Shown: positions 22,426 to 34,554 of the stretch, piece by piece
Numbering within the stretch: the first letter of the stretch is position 1
How the letters are laid out: every line of letters starts with the position of its first letter
Source: an uncultured Syntrophomonadaceae bacterium
GTDB lineage: Bacteria > Bacillota > Dethiobacteria > DTU022
Reading direction: 5' to 3'
Length of the DNA: 64,000 nt
Assembly (NCBI GenBank): GCA_964467475.1
Contig: CAYXQO010000005.1
Span: forward strand, 8,894-72,893
Notes under the pieces: generated by a model
Seen by the model: only the letters and a program-made list of their open reading frames with translations
Told to the model about the DNA's origin: nothing
Database searches by the model: none
Position numbers and translations under genes: made by a program

Positions 22426-23610
22426 ATGGTAGAGAAAAAAAGCATTGAGGACATTGAGGTCAGCGGTAAGCGGGTCCTGGTCCGGGTAGATTTCAACGTG
22501 CCCCTTGATCAGGGTAAAGTCCGCGATGATGCGCGAATCCGCGCTGCCCTGCCCACAATGCAAAACCTGCTTAACCGTGGAGCTCGCCCGGTGCTCGCTT
22601 CGCACCTGGGGCGGCCCAAAGGTGAGCCGAAACCGGAGTTGAAAATGGACCCGGTAGCCGCCAGGTTGGAAGAAATCCTGGGGCGGAAGGTAAAAAAGCT
22701 TGACGATGTAGTAGGCCCACAGGTGGTTGAGGCTGTAGCGGTTATGCAGGAAGGAGAAGTTCTCCTGCTTGAAAACCTGCGTTTTGAAAAAGGCGAGGAA
22801 AAAAACGACCCTTCTTTTGCCCGCAAGCTCGCCGAACCGGTGGACCTTTTTGTAAATGACGCTTTCGGCACCGCTCACCGGGCCCATGCTTCTACCGTGG
22901 GCATTACTGAATACGTCCCCGGGGTAGCCGGGCTATTAATGAAAAAAGAAATCGAAGAACTGTCTCACTGCCTGGAAAACCCGGCCCACCCTTTCACGGT
23001 AGTGCTGGGCGGGGCCAAGGTTTCCGATAAAATCAATGTAATCCGCCGGTTCCTGGAGCTTGCCGACAACCTCTTAATCGGCGGCGGTATGGCCAACACC
23101 TTTTTAGCTGCCTGCGGCTACAACCTGGGCGAATCTTTCTATGAGAAAGAACTGGTGCAAGAAGCGGCAACGATAATTGAAGAAAGCGAAAAAAAGAACT
23201 GCCGCCTGTTATTGCCCCAGGACCTGGTTGTGGCCGAAGAATTAAAGCCGGGCAGCCCCGAAAGGGTGGTTTACCCCGATGAAGTCAGGGGTGCCTGGAA
23301 GGTTTTTGATATCGGACCTGAAACGGTTAACGCCTATATCACTTACCTGGACAAAGCGGCCATGGTTGTCTGGAACGGGCCGATGGGGGTTTATGAAACC
23401 CCGCCTTTCCACCACGGCACGGAGCAACTGGCCCAGGTAATCGCGCGCAGCGGTGCCCACTCGGTAGTGGGAGGCGGTGACCTGGTTGCCGCCCTGGAAG
23501 CGCAGGGGTTGGCCGGAGAAATCAGTTTTATCTCAACCGGCGGCGGCGCCACTCTCGAATACTGGGAAGGCAAAGAACTCCCCGGTATCAGTGCTTTACA
23601 GGATCAATAG
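22426..23610 (+). CDS. pgk: Phosphoglycerate kinase
   Basis: 394 aa, RVDFNVP...SHLGRP motifs. Confidence 0.97.
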   Translation: MVEKKSIEDIEVSGKRVLVRVDFNVPLDQGKVRDDARIRAALPTMQNLLNRGARPVLASHLGRPKGEPKPELKMDPVAARLEEILGRKVKKLDDVVGPQVVEAVAVMQEGEVLLLENLRFEKGEEKNDPSFARKLAEPVDLFVNDAFGTAHRAHASTVGITEYVPGVAGLLMKKEIEELSHCLENPAHPFTVVLGGAKVSDKINVIRRFLELADNLLIGGGMANTFLAACGYNLGESFYEKELVQEAATIIEESEKKNCRLLLPQDLVVAEELKPGSPERVVYPDEVRGAWKVFDIGPETVNAYITYLDKAAMVVWNGPMGVYETPPFHHGTEQLAQVIARSGAHSVVGGGDLVAALEAQGLAGEISFISTGGGATLEYWEGKELPGISALQDQ

Positions 23611-23690
23611 GAGAGGAAAGACAAAAGGGAAGCCTGCCTTAAAGCAAATTTTTCCCTGGCTCCGGGCAAGACAACTGAGGAGGATCAAGG

Positions 23691-24458
23691 ATGGACTTAA
23701 TTATTGCAGCAAATTGGAAAATGCATAAAAATAGCTCTGAAACTGTGGAATACTGCAGGGCGATAAGAGAAGATGAAGCTCTCTTTGAAGGGGTGGAGGT
23801 TTTGATCTGTCCGCCTTATACAGTTTTGAACAAGGCATCTGAGTGCCTGTCAGGCAGCCCGGTTAAACTGGGTGCCCAGAATATGCACTGGGAACAGAAA
23901 GGTGCCTTTACCGGTGAAATAGCGGCGCCGATGCTTTTGGATCTGGGGGTTGAATACGTGATCATCGGGCACTCTGAAAGGCGCCATTTGCTTAATGAAA
24001 GCGAGATCTGGCTGCAACGTAAGGTTAAGACTGCCCTTGACAGCGGTTTGCGCCCGATCCTTTGTGTAGGCGAAACGGAAAACGAACGCAATGAAGCAGC
24101 TACCGAAAAAGTTTTGGAAAAACAGCTGGCCGGCGCCCTCGACGGTTTGCCTCCCGAGGATATCGGGTCCGGGTCTTTGGTGATAGCTTATGAGCCGGTA
24201 TGGGCAATTGGCACCGGCAAGGCGGCATCCCCGGAAGATGCCGATAAAGCGGCCCGGTTTATCCGTGAAGCAGTGGAAAACCGTTACGGGGAGCGGGCGG
24301 TGGAAAACTTGTGCATCCAGTACGGGGGAAGTGTGAAGGAAGAAAACATTGGTGATTTTGTTTCATTTGATTCTATTCAAGGTGCCCTGGTCGGAGGGGC
24401 CAGCCTTAAAGCAGATACTTTCAGTGCCTTGATCCAGGCGGCCCGAAAGGCGGTTTAA
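23691..24458 (+). CDS. tpiA: Triosephosphate isomerase
   Basis: 255 aa, AANWKMH, IIGHSERR, AYEPVWAIGTG. Confidence 0.97.
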   Translation: MDLIIAANWKMHKNSSETVEYCRAIREDEALFEGVEVLICPPYTVLNKASECLSGSPVKLGAQNMHWEQKGAFTGEIAAPMLLDLGVEYVIIGHSERRHLLNESEIWLQRKVKTALDSGLRPILCVGETENERNEAATEKVLEKQLAGALDGLPPEDIGSGSLVIAYEPVWAIGTGKAASPEDADKAARFIREAVENRYGERAVENLCIQYGGSVKEENIGDFVSFDSIQGALVGGASLKADTFSALIQAARKAV

Positions 24459-24461
24459 ATA

Positions 24462-27324
<2,863 letters not shown>

Positions 27325-27421
27325 GAGTTTTTTTTCATTTACAATCTTTCAAGCATGTGTTAAAATATCTCTTGCTTGGATTTAGAAGCGAATTAAAAAG
27401 GAATAATGGAGGGTTTTTGGC

Positions 27422-27646
27422 ATGATCGATACCGTCTTCAATATAATTTACATAATCTTGTGTGTAAGCTTGATTGCAGTGGTGCTTCTGCAGTCGGGCC
27501 GCAGTGCCGGCCTGGGAGAAATAGCCGGCGGGGCCCAGTCACTGGTTGGTAAGAAGAAAGGCATTGATCAGATGCTGGGCAAAGTTACCACCTATATAGC
27601 GATTGGCTATATGCTGGTTACGATTATCCTGGTTGTGGTCAATTGA
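27422..27646 (+). CDS. secG: Preprotein translocase subunit SecG
   Basis: 74-aa two-TM protein with the LLQSGRSAGLG motif. Confidence 0.88.
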   Translation: MIDTVFNIIYIILCVSLIAVVLLQSGRSAGLGEIAGGAQSLVGKKKGIDQMLGKVTTYIAIGYMLVTIILVVVN

Positions 27647-27797
27647 TTCAGTCTGGCTTGGATTAAGTTAAGCTTAAGATTAATTAAATTGTTTTGCCGG
27701 CAGGGTGCCAGAAACAGGCCCCTGCTTTTCATATGTAGAGAAAAGATCTATAATTGAAGTAATTTAGAAATACAATGAAGGAGTTGGTTGTTTAGTT

Positions 27798-30014
27798 TTG
27801 CAAAAAAGAAAAAATGCATCCCGCGTCCTGCGTGATAAAATCATAGCAGTGCTCAAAAGGCACAAACATAAATCTTTGACTGTCAAACAGCTCCTCTCCG
27901 AACTGGAGATGGGGCCGCAGGACAGGAGTATCCTCAAACAAGAACTGAAAAAGATGGTCGCTGAAGGAATTCTGGTTAAAGCGGAAGCCGGTAAGTACGG
28001 ACTCCCCGAGCGGCTTGACTACCTTACCGGGGTGCTTGAAGGTAACCGGCGGGGATTTGCTTTCCTGAGGCCGGATCAAGAAAGTGAAGATGTTTTCATA
28101 AGCTCTTCTGATATGAACGAAGCGGTGCACGGCGATAAGGTAATCGTGCGCTTAAGCAATAAAAAAAGAAGAAACAGAAAAAGCAGGGAAGGCACCGTAA
28201 TCGGAATTGTCAAGCGGGGCCAGCGTCGGCTTGTGGGGACCCTTCAGCGCGAAGGAAAACGCTACCTGGTAGTTCCCGATGACCAGCGCTTTCCCGGGCC
28301 TGTCCAGGTTAAAAGAAAAGATTTGCCCGAAGCCCGCAACGGAGACAAGGTAATCGTGGAGGTGGAAAAGTGGTCTCATGGAACCCGTCCATCTAAGGGC
28401 AAGATGGTCGAGCATCTCGGACCGCCGGGAAGCTTCCGCACCGAGCAGCTCTCGTTCGGCCACAAGTTTGATTTGCCGGGTGAATTTCCAGATCCCGTGC
28501 TTAAAGAAGTTGACAATTTACACGGTGAAGAAGATATTCCGCGCCTGGCCCGGGACCAGGGCAGGGTTGATTTGCGCGACCTGCAGATGGTCACTATCGA
28601 TGATGAGAAGGCCAAGGATTTTGACGATGCTGTTTCCTTAGAAGCGCTTCCCGGAGGAAGATTCAGGCTGGGAGTCCACATCGCCGATGTCTCCCATTAT
28701 GTTAAAGAAGGTAAGCCCCTGGACCGGGAAGCACTAAAAAGAGGGACCAGTATCTACCTGGTTGACCGGGCTATTCATATGCTCCCGCCGGAGCTTTCGG
28801 AAAAAATGTGCAGCCTGCAGGCAGAGCGGGACCGGCTGGCGGTAAGTGTACTCATGGATATTAGTGAGGCCGGAGAGCTGGTAGATGCGCGCTTCCAGGA
28901 AAGCGTAATCAGGGTGGATGAACGCCTGACCTACCAGCAGGTTGAAGCATACCTGGAGCAGGCTGATAACCGGCAAAACGGCGACACTGACCCTGCGGCG
29001 AAACTTTTCAACCACAGTTCCCTGGGTGAAATGATCGACCAAATGGATCGCCTGGCCAAAATATTGAGGCAGCAGCGGCTGGAACGAGGAGCCCTCGATC
29101 TCGACTTGCCGGATGCGGAAATAGAAATTGACGAAAACGGGGTGCCCCTGTCGGTAGAAAGACGAGAAATGGGCCGTTCCGAATCGTTGATCGAGGAGTT
29201 TATGATATACTGTAATGAAGCGGTAGCCGAATTTCTGACCGAAGATGAAATACCCTGTATATACAGAGTCCATGCTGTCCCGACAGAAGAAAAACTTACT
29301 TCTTTACGCGAAACCCTGACCCTGATGAACATTCAAGCAGCAGAGAAAATCAGGGAACTTAAACCCAAGCATCTCAAGATGCTGCTGGAAGAAACCAGGG
29401 GTGAGAAGGCGGAAAGGTTGGTCCGCTACCTGATCTTGCGCTCTCTCCCCCAGGCCTGTTACAGCGCGTCCAATTCAGGTCATTTCGGCCTGGCTTCCGA
29501 GTGCTACTGCCACTTCACCTCGCCGATCAGGCGTTACCCGGACCTGGTAGTGCACCGGATCTTAAAGAAACAACTCTCCGAGGATGGACTTACCGCGAGC
29601 AGGCAGAAACGGCTGCAGGCCAGGCTGCCGGGTATTGCCCAGCAGTCATCAGAAAGAGAGCGGGCGGCAGTCGATGCGGAAAGGGCCAGTTTGGATATTA
29701 AAAAGGCCCAGTACATGGAGCAAAAACTTGGTGAAGTGTATACCGGGATTATTAACGGGGTCACTAATTTTGGGCTTTTTGTCGAGCTTGACAATACCGT
29801 GGAAGGAATGATCCCGGTTACCGAGCTCATAGACGACTACTATGTCTACAACGAAAAAGCGGCTATGCTGGTCGGCGAAAGGACTCGCAAAACTTACCGG
29901 TTAGGTGATACCATTAAGGTGCAGGTAATCCGGGCAAGCAAGGAAGAAGGCAAGGTTGCTTTTGCTCCAGTAGAATCGAGCGAAGCCCCCGCTGTGACGG
30001 GTGGTCGGGTTTAA
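27798..30014 (+). CDS. rnr: Ribonuclease R
   Basis: 738 aa with cold-shock-like N-terminal region, an RNB catalytic domain (DIDDxKDFDDA) and a C-terminal S1 domain. Followed by smpB-ssrA, as in many Firmicutes. Confidence 0.93.
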   Translation: MQKRKNASRVLRDKIIAVLKRHKHKSLTVKQLLSELEMGPQDRSILKQELKKMVAEGILVKAEAGKYGLPERLDYLTGVLEGNRRGFAFLRPDQESEDVFISSSDMNEAVHGDKVIVRLSNKKRRNRKSREGTVIGIVKRGQRRLVGTLQREGKRYLVVPDDQRFPGPVQVKRKDLPEARNGDKVIVEVEKWSHGTRPSKGKMVEHLGPPGSFRTEQLSFGHKFDLPGEFPDPVLKEVDNLHGEEDIPRLARDQGRVDLRDLQMVTIDDEKAKDFDDAVSLEALPGGRFRLGVHIADVSHYVKEGKPLDREALKRGTSIYLVDRAIHMLPPELSEKMCSLQAERDRLAVSVLMDISEAGELVDARFQESVIRVDERLTYQQVEAYLEQADNRQNGDTDPAAKLFNHSSLGEMIDQMDRLAKILRQQRLERGALDLDLPDAEIEIDENGVPLSVERREMGRSESLIEEFMIYCNEAVAEFLTEDEIPCIYRVHAVPTEEKLTSLRETLTLMNIQAAEKIRELKPKHLKMLLEETRGEKAERLVRYLILRSLPQACYSASNSGHFGLASECYCHFTSPIRRYPDLVVHRILKKQLSEDGLTASRQKRLQARLPGIAQQSSERERAAVDAERASLDIKKAQYMEQKLGEVYTGIINGVTNFGLFVELDNTVEGMIPVTELIDDYYVYNEKAAMLVGERTRKTYRLGDTIKVQVIRASKEEGKVAFAPVESSEAPAVTGGRV

Positions 30015-30142
30015 CCTGGACTGGCGAAGCAAGCCGGTGCCGCACAGCAAAGAAGTAACAAGTAGAAGAAAGTTTCGCTCCCCTGCTACACCTAGGTTGG
30101 GTGGTTCAGACCGTGGGAGCTATCTTTAAGAATTAATGTGTT

Positions 30143-30364
30143 TGCTCAGCCGTGCCGCCTTTGGACTGGTGACGGCTCACCTGAGGCTAATGGCAGCGAC
30201 TCAGCTGCAGGCTTTCGCTTTGGTTTCCCTCGGCATTCGCCATCCATGGCTCAGGCCTCGGCGGCCTGCTTCCATGCAGGCCGACCGGCTACAACCTTTG
30301 CTTCGTCGGCCATTGCAACCGCTCTATCGCAATGTCTTCAGTCCAAAGGCGGCACGGCTGAGCA
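30143..30364. repeat. 222-nt element closed by a perfect 26-bp inverted repeat (TGCTCAGCCGTGCCGCCTTTGGACTG / rc); candidate structured ncRNA or MITE
   Basis: Arms at 30143-30168 and 30339-30364 are exact reverse complements. The flanks extend the pairing through AATTAAT. The interior has co-linear imperfect pairing and internal hairpins (for example GCCTGCttccatGCAGGC). The element sits between the rnr stop and the nitroreductase RBS. Confidence 0.4.
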
Positions 30365-30399
30365 GTTACGAATTAATTTTATAAAGGAGGGCATCATCA

Positions 30400-30942
30400 A
30401 TGGATATTTACAAAGCTTTAGAAGAACGTAGAAGTGTGAGGAAGTATACAGGAGACTCTGTGCCTGAAGACAAACTGAAACGGATTTTAGAAGCCGGCCG
30501 GCTGGCTCCTTCATGGAGCAACCAGCAGTGCTGGAAGTTCATCGTGGTAAGGGATCCTGAGCGAAAAGCAAAGCTGGCCGAAAGCATGCCGGAAAGTAAC
30601 CCTGCCAGGAAATCAATCGGGCAAACTGCACCAGCGGTAATCGTCCTCTGTGCTGATCCGAAAGCCTCGGGCCACCAGGACGGCAAGGAATATTATTTAC
30701 TTGACTCCGGGTTGGCCATGCAGCAATTAATGCTTGCCGCAAATGCTGAAGGCTTGGGGACCTGCTGGGTAGCCTGGTTTGATGAAGCCAAAGCCAGGGA
30801 AGCCTGCGAAGTTCCGGAAGAATACCGTGTTGTTGCCCTGACTCCGCTGGGCTACCCGGAAAAACAACCGTCTCCCCGGCCGCGCAAGGAACTCGAAGAA
30901 ATCGTTTACGAAGAAACCTGGGGCAACCAAATGAAGGTTTAA
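30400..30942 (+). CDS. Nitroreductase-family (NADH/flavin) oxidoreductase
   Basis: 180 aa, RRSVRKY...PSWSNQQCWKF with the nitroreductase fold signature. Confidence 0.85.
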   Translation: MDIYKALEERRSVRKYTGDSVPEDKLKRILEAGRLAPSWSNQQCWKFIVVRDPERKAKLAESMPESNPARKSIGQTAPAVIVLCADPKASGHQDGKEYYLLDSGLAMQQLMLAANAEGLGTCWVAWFDEAKAREACEVPEEYRVVALTPLGYPEKQPSPRPRKELEEIVYEETWGNQMKV

Positions 30943-30966
30943 ATTTGCAAAACGGAGAGTTGGCGG

Positions 30967-31431
30967 ATGGAAAAAGTGATTAGCACAAACCGAAAAGCAA
31001 GACACGATTTTCGCATCGAAGAAACTTACGAAGCCGGGATCGTTCTGACCGGTACCGAGGTAAAATCTATCCGCAATGCCAGGGTCAACCTAAAGGATAG
31101 CTATGCAAAGGTTGAAGGCGGCGAGCTTTTCTTGTATAATATGCATGTAAGCCCCTACGATCCAGGAAACAGGTACAACCATGAACCTTTAAGAACCCGT
31201 AAATTACTGATGCATAAAAGTGAAATCGGCCGTTTGGCCGGCAAGGTAAAGGAAAAAGGGTATGCCTTGATCCCCTTGAAGGTGTACTTCCGGGAAGGCC
31301 TGGTGAAAATCGAACTGGGCCTGGCCCGGGGCAAGAAGAAATACGATAAACGACGCGATATAGCCGAACGTGATCAAAAGCGCGAAATGGAAAGAGAATT
31401 TAAGGAGAAGAAGATCGGTAAAATCGGTTGA
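30967..31431 (+). CDS. smpB: SsrA-binding protein SmpB
   Basis: 154 aa, NRKARHDF...GTEVKS...K-rich C-terminal tail. Located immediately upstream of tmRNA. Confidence 0.95.
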   Translation: MEKVISTNRKARHDFRIEETYEAGIVLTGTEVKSIRNARVNLKDSYAKVEGGELFLYNMHVSPYDPGNRYNHEPLRTRKLLMHKSEIGRLAGKVKEKGYALIPLKVYFREGLVKIELGLARGKKKYDKRRDIAERDQKREMEREFKEKKIGKIG

Positions 31432-31437
31432 AACATG

Positions 31438-31790
31438 GGGGCGTAAGGATTCGACGGGGGTCGTGGAGACAAGAGCTGCAAGCCCAGGACCATGACCTGG
31501 ATAAAACATGGAATGGCTATAGACGCCAAACCGAACGTAGCACTCGCTGCTTAAAAAATAAGCAGCGCATCCCTCCTTTCCCTGGCCGGGGGAAAGATAA
31601 GGGGTGTCAAAAAACCGGCCTACCGCAGTAGCGGCGGCCCCACCGCTGCTTCGGGAAACCTAACGGGGCTGGCGTCGCAGGATCCTTGTTCCGGGGAGCC
31701 CGCGGCGCGAGAACAAAACCGGGACTAAGCTTGTAGACGCTCTTGTAGCCGGACCTTCGGACGCGGGTTCGATTCCCGCCGCCTCCACCA
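31438..31790 (+). ncRNA. ssrA: tmRNA (SsrA)
   Basis: Begins GGGGGCGUAAGGAUUCGACGGGG and ends with a tRNA-like T-arm GGGTTCGATTCCCGCCGCCTCCACCA. An internal tag reading frame ends ...DAKPNVALAA-TAA. Confidence 0.9.
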
Positions 31791-31798
31791 AAATCCGT

Positions 31799-31826
31799 GC
31801 CAAGGGGACGGGGTTGTTGACACATT
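31799..31826 (+). repeat. REP element family 1 copy, immediately 3' of tmRNA
   Basis: GCCAAGGGGACGGGGTTGTTGACACATT, 27/28 identical to the 14098 copy. Confidence 0.7.
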
Positions 31827-31880
31827 TTCCACTATGGAATGTGAAATTAATAAGGAATAATTAATTACCGTGCACGAGCC

Positions 31881-31905
31881 ACGAGCCTATCCTGGCTCGT
31901 TTTTT
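31881..31905 (+). terminator. Rho-independent terminator (ACGAGCC-tatcct-GGCTCGT-TTTTT) downstream of tmRNA and REP copy
   Basis: 7-bp GC-rich stem, a 6-nt loop and a T5 tract. Confidence 0.6.
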
Positions 31906-31914
31906 GCGTAAAGT

Positions 31915-31942
31915 GCCAGGGGGACGGGGTTGTTGACACATT
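31915..31942 (+). repeat. REP element family 1 copy (carries TTGACA -35-like hexamer)
   Basis: GCCAGGGGGACGGGGTTGTTGACACATT. A diverged copy, GTCAGCGGGACGGGGATATTGACAAT, lies at 31966-31990 and is followed by TATAAC about 17 bp downstream. Confidence 0.7.
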
Positions 31943-32012
31943 CCAGGCAGGTTTGTCAGCGGGACGGGGATATTGACAATACCCCCAGGATGGTATAACT
32001 TACCTGCTGGAG

Positions 32013-32780
32013 GTGTTGTCATTGCCAAGAAAAGCCCGTCAAAAAAGTGAAAGCGGAATCTACCATATCATTATGCGAGGCATAAACCGGCAGGTTATTT
32101 TTTGCGAAGATGAAGATTTTCACAAGTTACTACAAGCCCTTCAGCACTATAAAAATATATGCGGCTACCATCTTTATGCTTACTGCTTGATGAGCAACCA
32201 CGTTCATCTCTTAATGAAGATTGAACACGAGTCCCTGGCCCAAATTATGCGCAGAGTCTGTGGTAAATTTGTCTACTGGTATAATAAAAAATATGACCGT
32301 TCTGGATATTTGTTTCAGGACAGGTTCAGGAGTGAGCCGGTAGAAGATGATTCGTACCTTCTAACAGTAGTTAGATACATCCACCAAAATCCCCTGAAAG
32401 CCAATCTTGTGAGGAAAATAGAAGATTATCCATGGAGCAGTTATAATGGTTATATCAGGCGGGACAGTCTAATCGATAAAGATTTTGTTTTAAACATATT
32501 TGACAATAATAGTAAAAAGGCACTGAGAGAATTTATAAAATTCAACAATCAAAGCTCAGACCAGGAATGTATCGATATAGAAGAAATCAAAAGGATTAGC
32601 GATAAAGAAGCAGTAAAAATAATTGAGCGAGTGTGCAAGGTTGACAGGGCGGATGAAATTCTTAACTTTGACAAAAAGAGCAGAACTGGTTTTCTGCGCA
32701 AGTTAAAAACGGAAGGGTTATCTGTTAGACAGCTTGAAAGATTAACCGGGATAAACAGGGGGATTATACAAAGAGCGTAA
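32013..32780 (+). CDS. REP-associated tyrosine transposase (IS200/IS605-like Y1 HuH transposase with C-terminal HTH extension)
   Basis: 255 aa, YHIIMRGINRQVIF...YCLMSNHVHLLMK (HuH = HVH), a downstream catalytic Tyr region (YIHQNPLKA...) and a C-terminal HTH (LSVRQLERLTGINRGIIQRA). Confidence 0.82.
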   Translation: MLSLPRKARQKSESGIYHIIMRGINRQVIFCEDEDFHKLLQALQHYKNICGYHLYAYCLMSNHVHLLMKIEHESLAQIMRRVCGKFVYWYNKKYDRSGYLFQDRFRSEPVEDDSYLLTVVRYIHQNPLKANLVRKIEDYPWSSYNGYIRRDSLIDKDFVLNIFDNNSKKALREFIKFNNQSSDQECIDIEEIKRISDKEAVKIIERVCKVDRADEILNFDKKSRTGFLRKLKTEGLSVRQLERLTGINRGIIQRA

Positions 32781-32826
32781 ACTGATTTGTGTCAACAACC
32801 CCGTCCCCCTGGCACTTGTAATTGTA

Positions 32827-32855
32827 TTGCTTAAAGGGGTGCTATTTGCTATAAT
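32827..32855 (+). promoter_or_regulatory. Sigma-A-like promoter of tRNA-Ala (TTGCTT -17- TATAAT)
   Basis: -35 at 32827-32832 and -10 TATAAT at 32850-32855, with the tRNA starting 11 nt downstream. Confidence 0.5.
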
Positions 32856-32865
32856 ACCCCTGCGA

Positions 32866-32941
32866 GGGCGTGTAGCTCAGGTGGGAGAGCGCTTGGCTCG
32901 CATTCAAGAGGTCAGGGGTTCGAGTCCCCTCACGTCCACCA
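32866..32941 (+). tRNA. tRNA-Ala (anticodon CGC)
   Basis: Cloverleaf by eye: acceptor GGGCGUG/CACGUCC with the G3:U70 Ala identity pair, anticodon loop CUCGCAU, T-arm AGGGG-TTCGAGT-CCCCT and an encoded CCA. Confidence 0.88.
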
Positions 32942-33037
32942 TGCTTAGAGGGTTTTCGGGCAACGTCTGACTGTCCGAAAACCTTTATAATAATCATGGA
33001 GCTTTGAACCTAAAGATAAACGGAGGGTATCAATTAA

Positions 33038-34465
33038 ATGGAGAGAATTAAGCGCAAGCATCTTTTATACTATATCGTCCTACCCGTGCTGATTATCGCC
33101 CTGGCAACATTTACTTTTGCCTGTGACGAGGAAACTGGAGCCGAGGTCGATGTTCCTGAAGGAGCCATCTCTGTGCCGGATGATCATGACAGCATCCAGG
33201 AAGCAATCGACGTTGCAGATGACGGGGATACCATAGTAGTCAGCCCGGGGACCTATACCGAAAACCTCAATTTTGCAGGTAAGAACATTACTGTTATGAG
33301 CACGAACCCCGAAGATCCTGAAGTAGTGGAAGAAACGGTTATTGATGGAGGCGGGACCGACTCGGTAGTTGTTTTTGAAAATGGTGAAGGAGAAGAGGCA
33401 GAATTATCCGGGTTTACCATTACCGGTGGCAGTGGAAACAACGTTTCCCTGGAGTTTGAGATAGAAGGTGAGACCCGTGAAGAGACCTCCGATTACGGCG
33501 GCGGCATTCTGGTCATGAACGAGAGTTCCCCGACAATCGCGAACAACGTGATCATTAACAATATAGCTGAGCGTGGCGGGGGAATCATGGTGCATCAATC
33601 CGCCCCCTTTATCCGTGATAACAAGATCATTGAAAATGTTTCCGACGGCGGCGGTGGAGGCTTGTTTGTAGCGAGCGCTTCTGCCACGGTCAGGGGAAAT
33701 GAAATATCGGGCAATACCGCCGGACGCAGTGGAGGAGCAGTTGCCATAAGCGGTGATGGCGAGGCAATGTCCGTTTTTGAAAATAACACGATCAACAATA
33801 ACCGGGCCCAAAACGGTGCCGCTTTTTCAATTTATGAAGCTAACCCGAGCATTTTTAACAATACCGTGATCAATAACAATGCTGAAAATAACGGTGGCGG
33901 TTTTTACCTGTTAAGTTCTTCCCCGGAGATATCAGACAACGATATTTCCGACAACTATGCCACTGAAACAGGCGGTGGGATGACGATTATGGTAGAGTCC
34001 GCACCCTCGATTGAAGGAAACGTCATGATAGGCAATGAGGCTGGTGCCGGCGGGGCGATCGCGGTCAATGTCGATTCTTCCCCCTTGCTTGAAGCCAATA
34101 CAATATCTGACAACCAGGCCCAAAACGGCGGCGGCCTCGTCTTTGCCCAGGGCGGCTCTGCGGAAGTGAACAACAACACGATTACCGATAACTATGTTGA
34201 GCGTAACGGTGGCGGGATCTTTGTACAGCAATCCAACCCTGTTTTTACCGGCAACACGATCGGTAGCAATGAAGCCAGACGTGATGGCGGCGGCTTGTTT
34301 GCAGTGCATGAAGCAACCGTCGGTGTTTATGAAAATATTTTTGAAAACAATCGTTCCAGGGAAGGCGGAGCAATGCATTTTTCCGAAGGAGCCGTTCTGG
34401 AATTAAACGATCCCGATGACAACACCTATGAAGATAATGCCCCCGATGACATTTACGAAGAATAA
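33038..34465 (+). CDS. Lipoprotein with right-handed parallel beta-helix repeats (pectate-lyase/NosD-like fold), acidic C-terminus
   Basis: Lipobox LATFTFAC. Repeated GGGIxV/NNxIxxN beta-helix turns. About 475 aa. Confidence 0.72.
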   Translation: MERIKRKHLLYYIVLPVLIIALATFTFACDEETGAEVDVPEGAISVPDDHDSIQEAIDVADDGDTIVVSPGTYTENLNFAGKNITVMSTNPEDPEVVEETVIDGGGTDSVVVFENGEGEEAELSGFTITGGSGNNVSLEFEIEGETREETSDYGGGILVMNESSPTIANNVIINNIAERGGGIMVHQSAPFIRDNKIIENVSDGGGGGLFVASASATVRGNEISGNTAGRSGGAVAISGDGEAMSVFENNTINNNRAQNGAAFSIYEANPSIFNNTVINNNAENNGGGFYLLSSSPEISDNDISDNYATETGGGMTIMVESAPSIEGNVMIGNEAGAGGAIAVNVDSSPLLEANTISDNQAQNGGGLVFAQGGSAEVNNNTITDNYVERNGGGIFVQQSNPVFTGNTIGSNEARRDGGGLFAVHEATVGVYENIFENNRSREGGAMHFSEGAVLELNDPDDNTYEDNAPDDIYEE

Positions 34466-34554
34466 CTCTTAAAAGAAGCCTGCATGCAAAATAGCCCCGG
34501 CCGTGATCATTATTACTCGCGGCCGGGGTAATCAGCGCCTTTGGGAGGGCAGGC

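Larger units (their letters stand above)
31799..32816 (+). mobile_element. REPtron: RAYT gene flanked by REPs in inverted orientation, inserted between ssrA and tRNA-Ala
   Basis: Forward REPs lie at 31799, 31915 and 31966. A reverse-complement REP lies at 32788-32816 (TGTGTCAACAACCCCGTCCCCCTGGCAC). The enclosed gene is AT-richer than its surroundings. Confidence 0.7.

Noticed and set aside
30136-30431. Two overlapping ORFs (82 and 97 aa) inside the inverted-repeat element
   Set aside because: No SD. Ala/Arg/Leu-rich translations typical of GC-rich noncoding DNA. They fall entirely within a palindromic structured element.
32805-32830. Possible sigma-54 promoter (TGGCAC...TTGC) near the reverse REP
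   Set aside because: The spacing between the GG and GC elements does not fit the -24/-12 consensus (TGGCACG-N4-TTGCW). TGGCAC here is simply part of the REP sequence.
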